Part shown: one piece after another, positions 62,561-64,000 of the stretch
How the letters are laid out: each line of letters opens with the position of its first letter
Position numbering within the stretch: the stretch's first letter is position 1
Source of the DNA: Amphiscolops sp. MND2022
Taxonomy: Eukaryota
Direction: 5' to 3'
DNA length: 64,000 nt
NCBI GenBank assembly: GCA_964187785.1
Contig: OZ076409.1
Coordinates: 54,438,001 to 54,502,000, forward strand
Notes under the pieces: generated by a model
The model's database searches: none
What the model saw: the letters and a program-made list of their open reading frames with translations, nothing else
What the model was told of the DNA's origin: nothing
Program-made: the position numbers and the translations under genes

Positions 62561-64000
62561 CAAGAGATGATTTGGTCCAAAGTATCAAAAATTGTTTCAA
62601 AAAGATGTTGAAGTCATCGAACAGACGATGAACAAAGTACCCCAAAAAACAAACGGAAATACTCAACAGTCTTCAATTGGTTCTCAATCTCGGTACTTTA
62701 TCTTTTTGTTATAATAACTCTGTTTTTTGTGTCTTGATTTGGCAATTTATCATTCTTACTTTTTTCCTAATTTTGCTGTTACTTACCATAGCATACATGT
62801 TTCTCTCTGAACAAATGGATTTCTTGACCTACATTAGACTAGCGCATGTCGACATTATTTTCAGAGTTGTTCCCTCCAGTCCCACAACTGTTGCCGATGA
62901 AATTGTTTTCTGAAAGACACCTACACTCTTGGGTGCAACTTCTTTCATCATTCACCCCATGAATTATTCTTTCCGTTACAGTAAAGTGTATTTTCAAATT
63001 CAAAACGGCACTATTCGGAGCCCGAATCATATGTTGAAAAAGGATATGTGTAAATCAAAAACTATTGTCGCAGGTTTTTTAGAGAAGCGGCTAAAAAGCG
63101 ATTATGGCGTCTTCGAAGGTTGTGATCATTCATTTGTGGTTTTAATGTGACCATTTTTAGAAAAAGCTTCCAACATGGTTTTCGAAAACACTTTGGGTTA
63201 TTGTTTTGTTCGTCGTCCAATCCGATTCTACAAAATAAAGTACAAAAATGCTGGAAAAGTGTCTTTACATTGTCAAAATAGGCCCCTCCGGGGCTCAGTA
63301 CTATTTCTGCTTTAATCTTTATTTTTTTGAAACAAAAAAATCATTAATAAAAGAATCATATCTGGATTACCAATACACTCTTGTTCAATTATTATTTAGC
63401 GCACAATTACATGTAATCACTGTACAAGTTTACACCGCCTTTAATTCTTCTCGGACCAAAAAAAAAGATAACTACTAAGCGTAGACGAAGTTTCGCATTC
63501 GCATTTGAATGCAGGCGAAGCTCTCAACGAACGAATAATTAACACTCATTCGCTTCATCTCAATAACTCGGGGCAACGAAAGCACAAATACGAACATTCG
63601 CTCGCTTCATCTCAATGACGTCAGCATACGAATGGATAATTACCACTCGCTCGTTCCATCGCACTAGAATTGAATTGTTGTCGGCAGCTTTCCCACGCTT
63701 ACAGTCACTGCCGAACAAAATATCTGAATTATTCAGTATCACGACAAAAATTGTTCTGAAAAAAAAGTAGAAAGTTTGAGGTTACAATAATATTCCTGCT
63801 AAAGCAGAAATATTAAAAATTAAATACATTTTCTCAGCTTTTCTGGTTATTTTGAGCTTTAAAATCACGTTTCTCTCATTAAGAGTATGCTACATGATTA
63901 TTCAGTTCATTTTTGAACTTAGCAACATTCGCTGAAAATCCTGAAAATTTTGCATTGAAGTGTGCAAAAACGGGAAGTTTTTGCTTTTCTGCGGATAAAA

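Overview
AT-rich, repeat-dense eukaryotic (probably invertebrate animal) DNA made almost entirely of transposable elements; I could not support a host gene. The centrepiece is a young, nearly intact 15.8-kb Ty3/Gypsy LTR retrotransposon (32360-48122, minus strand). It has ~1.63-kb LTRs about 99% identical, an AGTGA target-site duplication, a PBS, a PPT and gag/pol joined by an A-AAA-AAC -1 frameshift. Between pol and the 3' LTR it carries a ~6-kb cargo module of two divergent genes. The first is an antisense gene with five coding exons that splice in frame into a ~1190-aa protein, resembling a BED-type zinc-finger hAT transposase that has lost its catalytic acidic residues. The second is a sense 276-aa acidic ORF with tandem phospho-SIM-like motifs that reads through the PPT into the LTR. 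The element's gag starts ~560 nt inside the LTR and reads through the PBS. The window also holds a decayed three-LTR BEL/Pao element (24413-30990, TSD ATCCG), a decayed related Gypsy element (49039-56313, TSD GAAAT), a 1.9-kb solo LTR (TSD TGCAT), a ~4-kb tandem duplication, MITEs, Tc1/mariner fragments, Helitron-like ends and two perfect long palindromes. All calls come from reading the sequence by eye; no searches were run.
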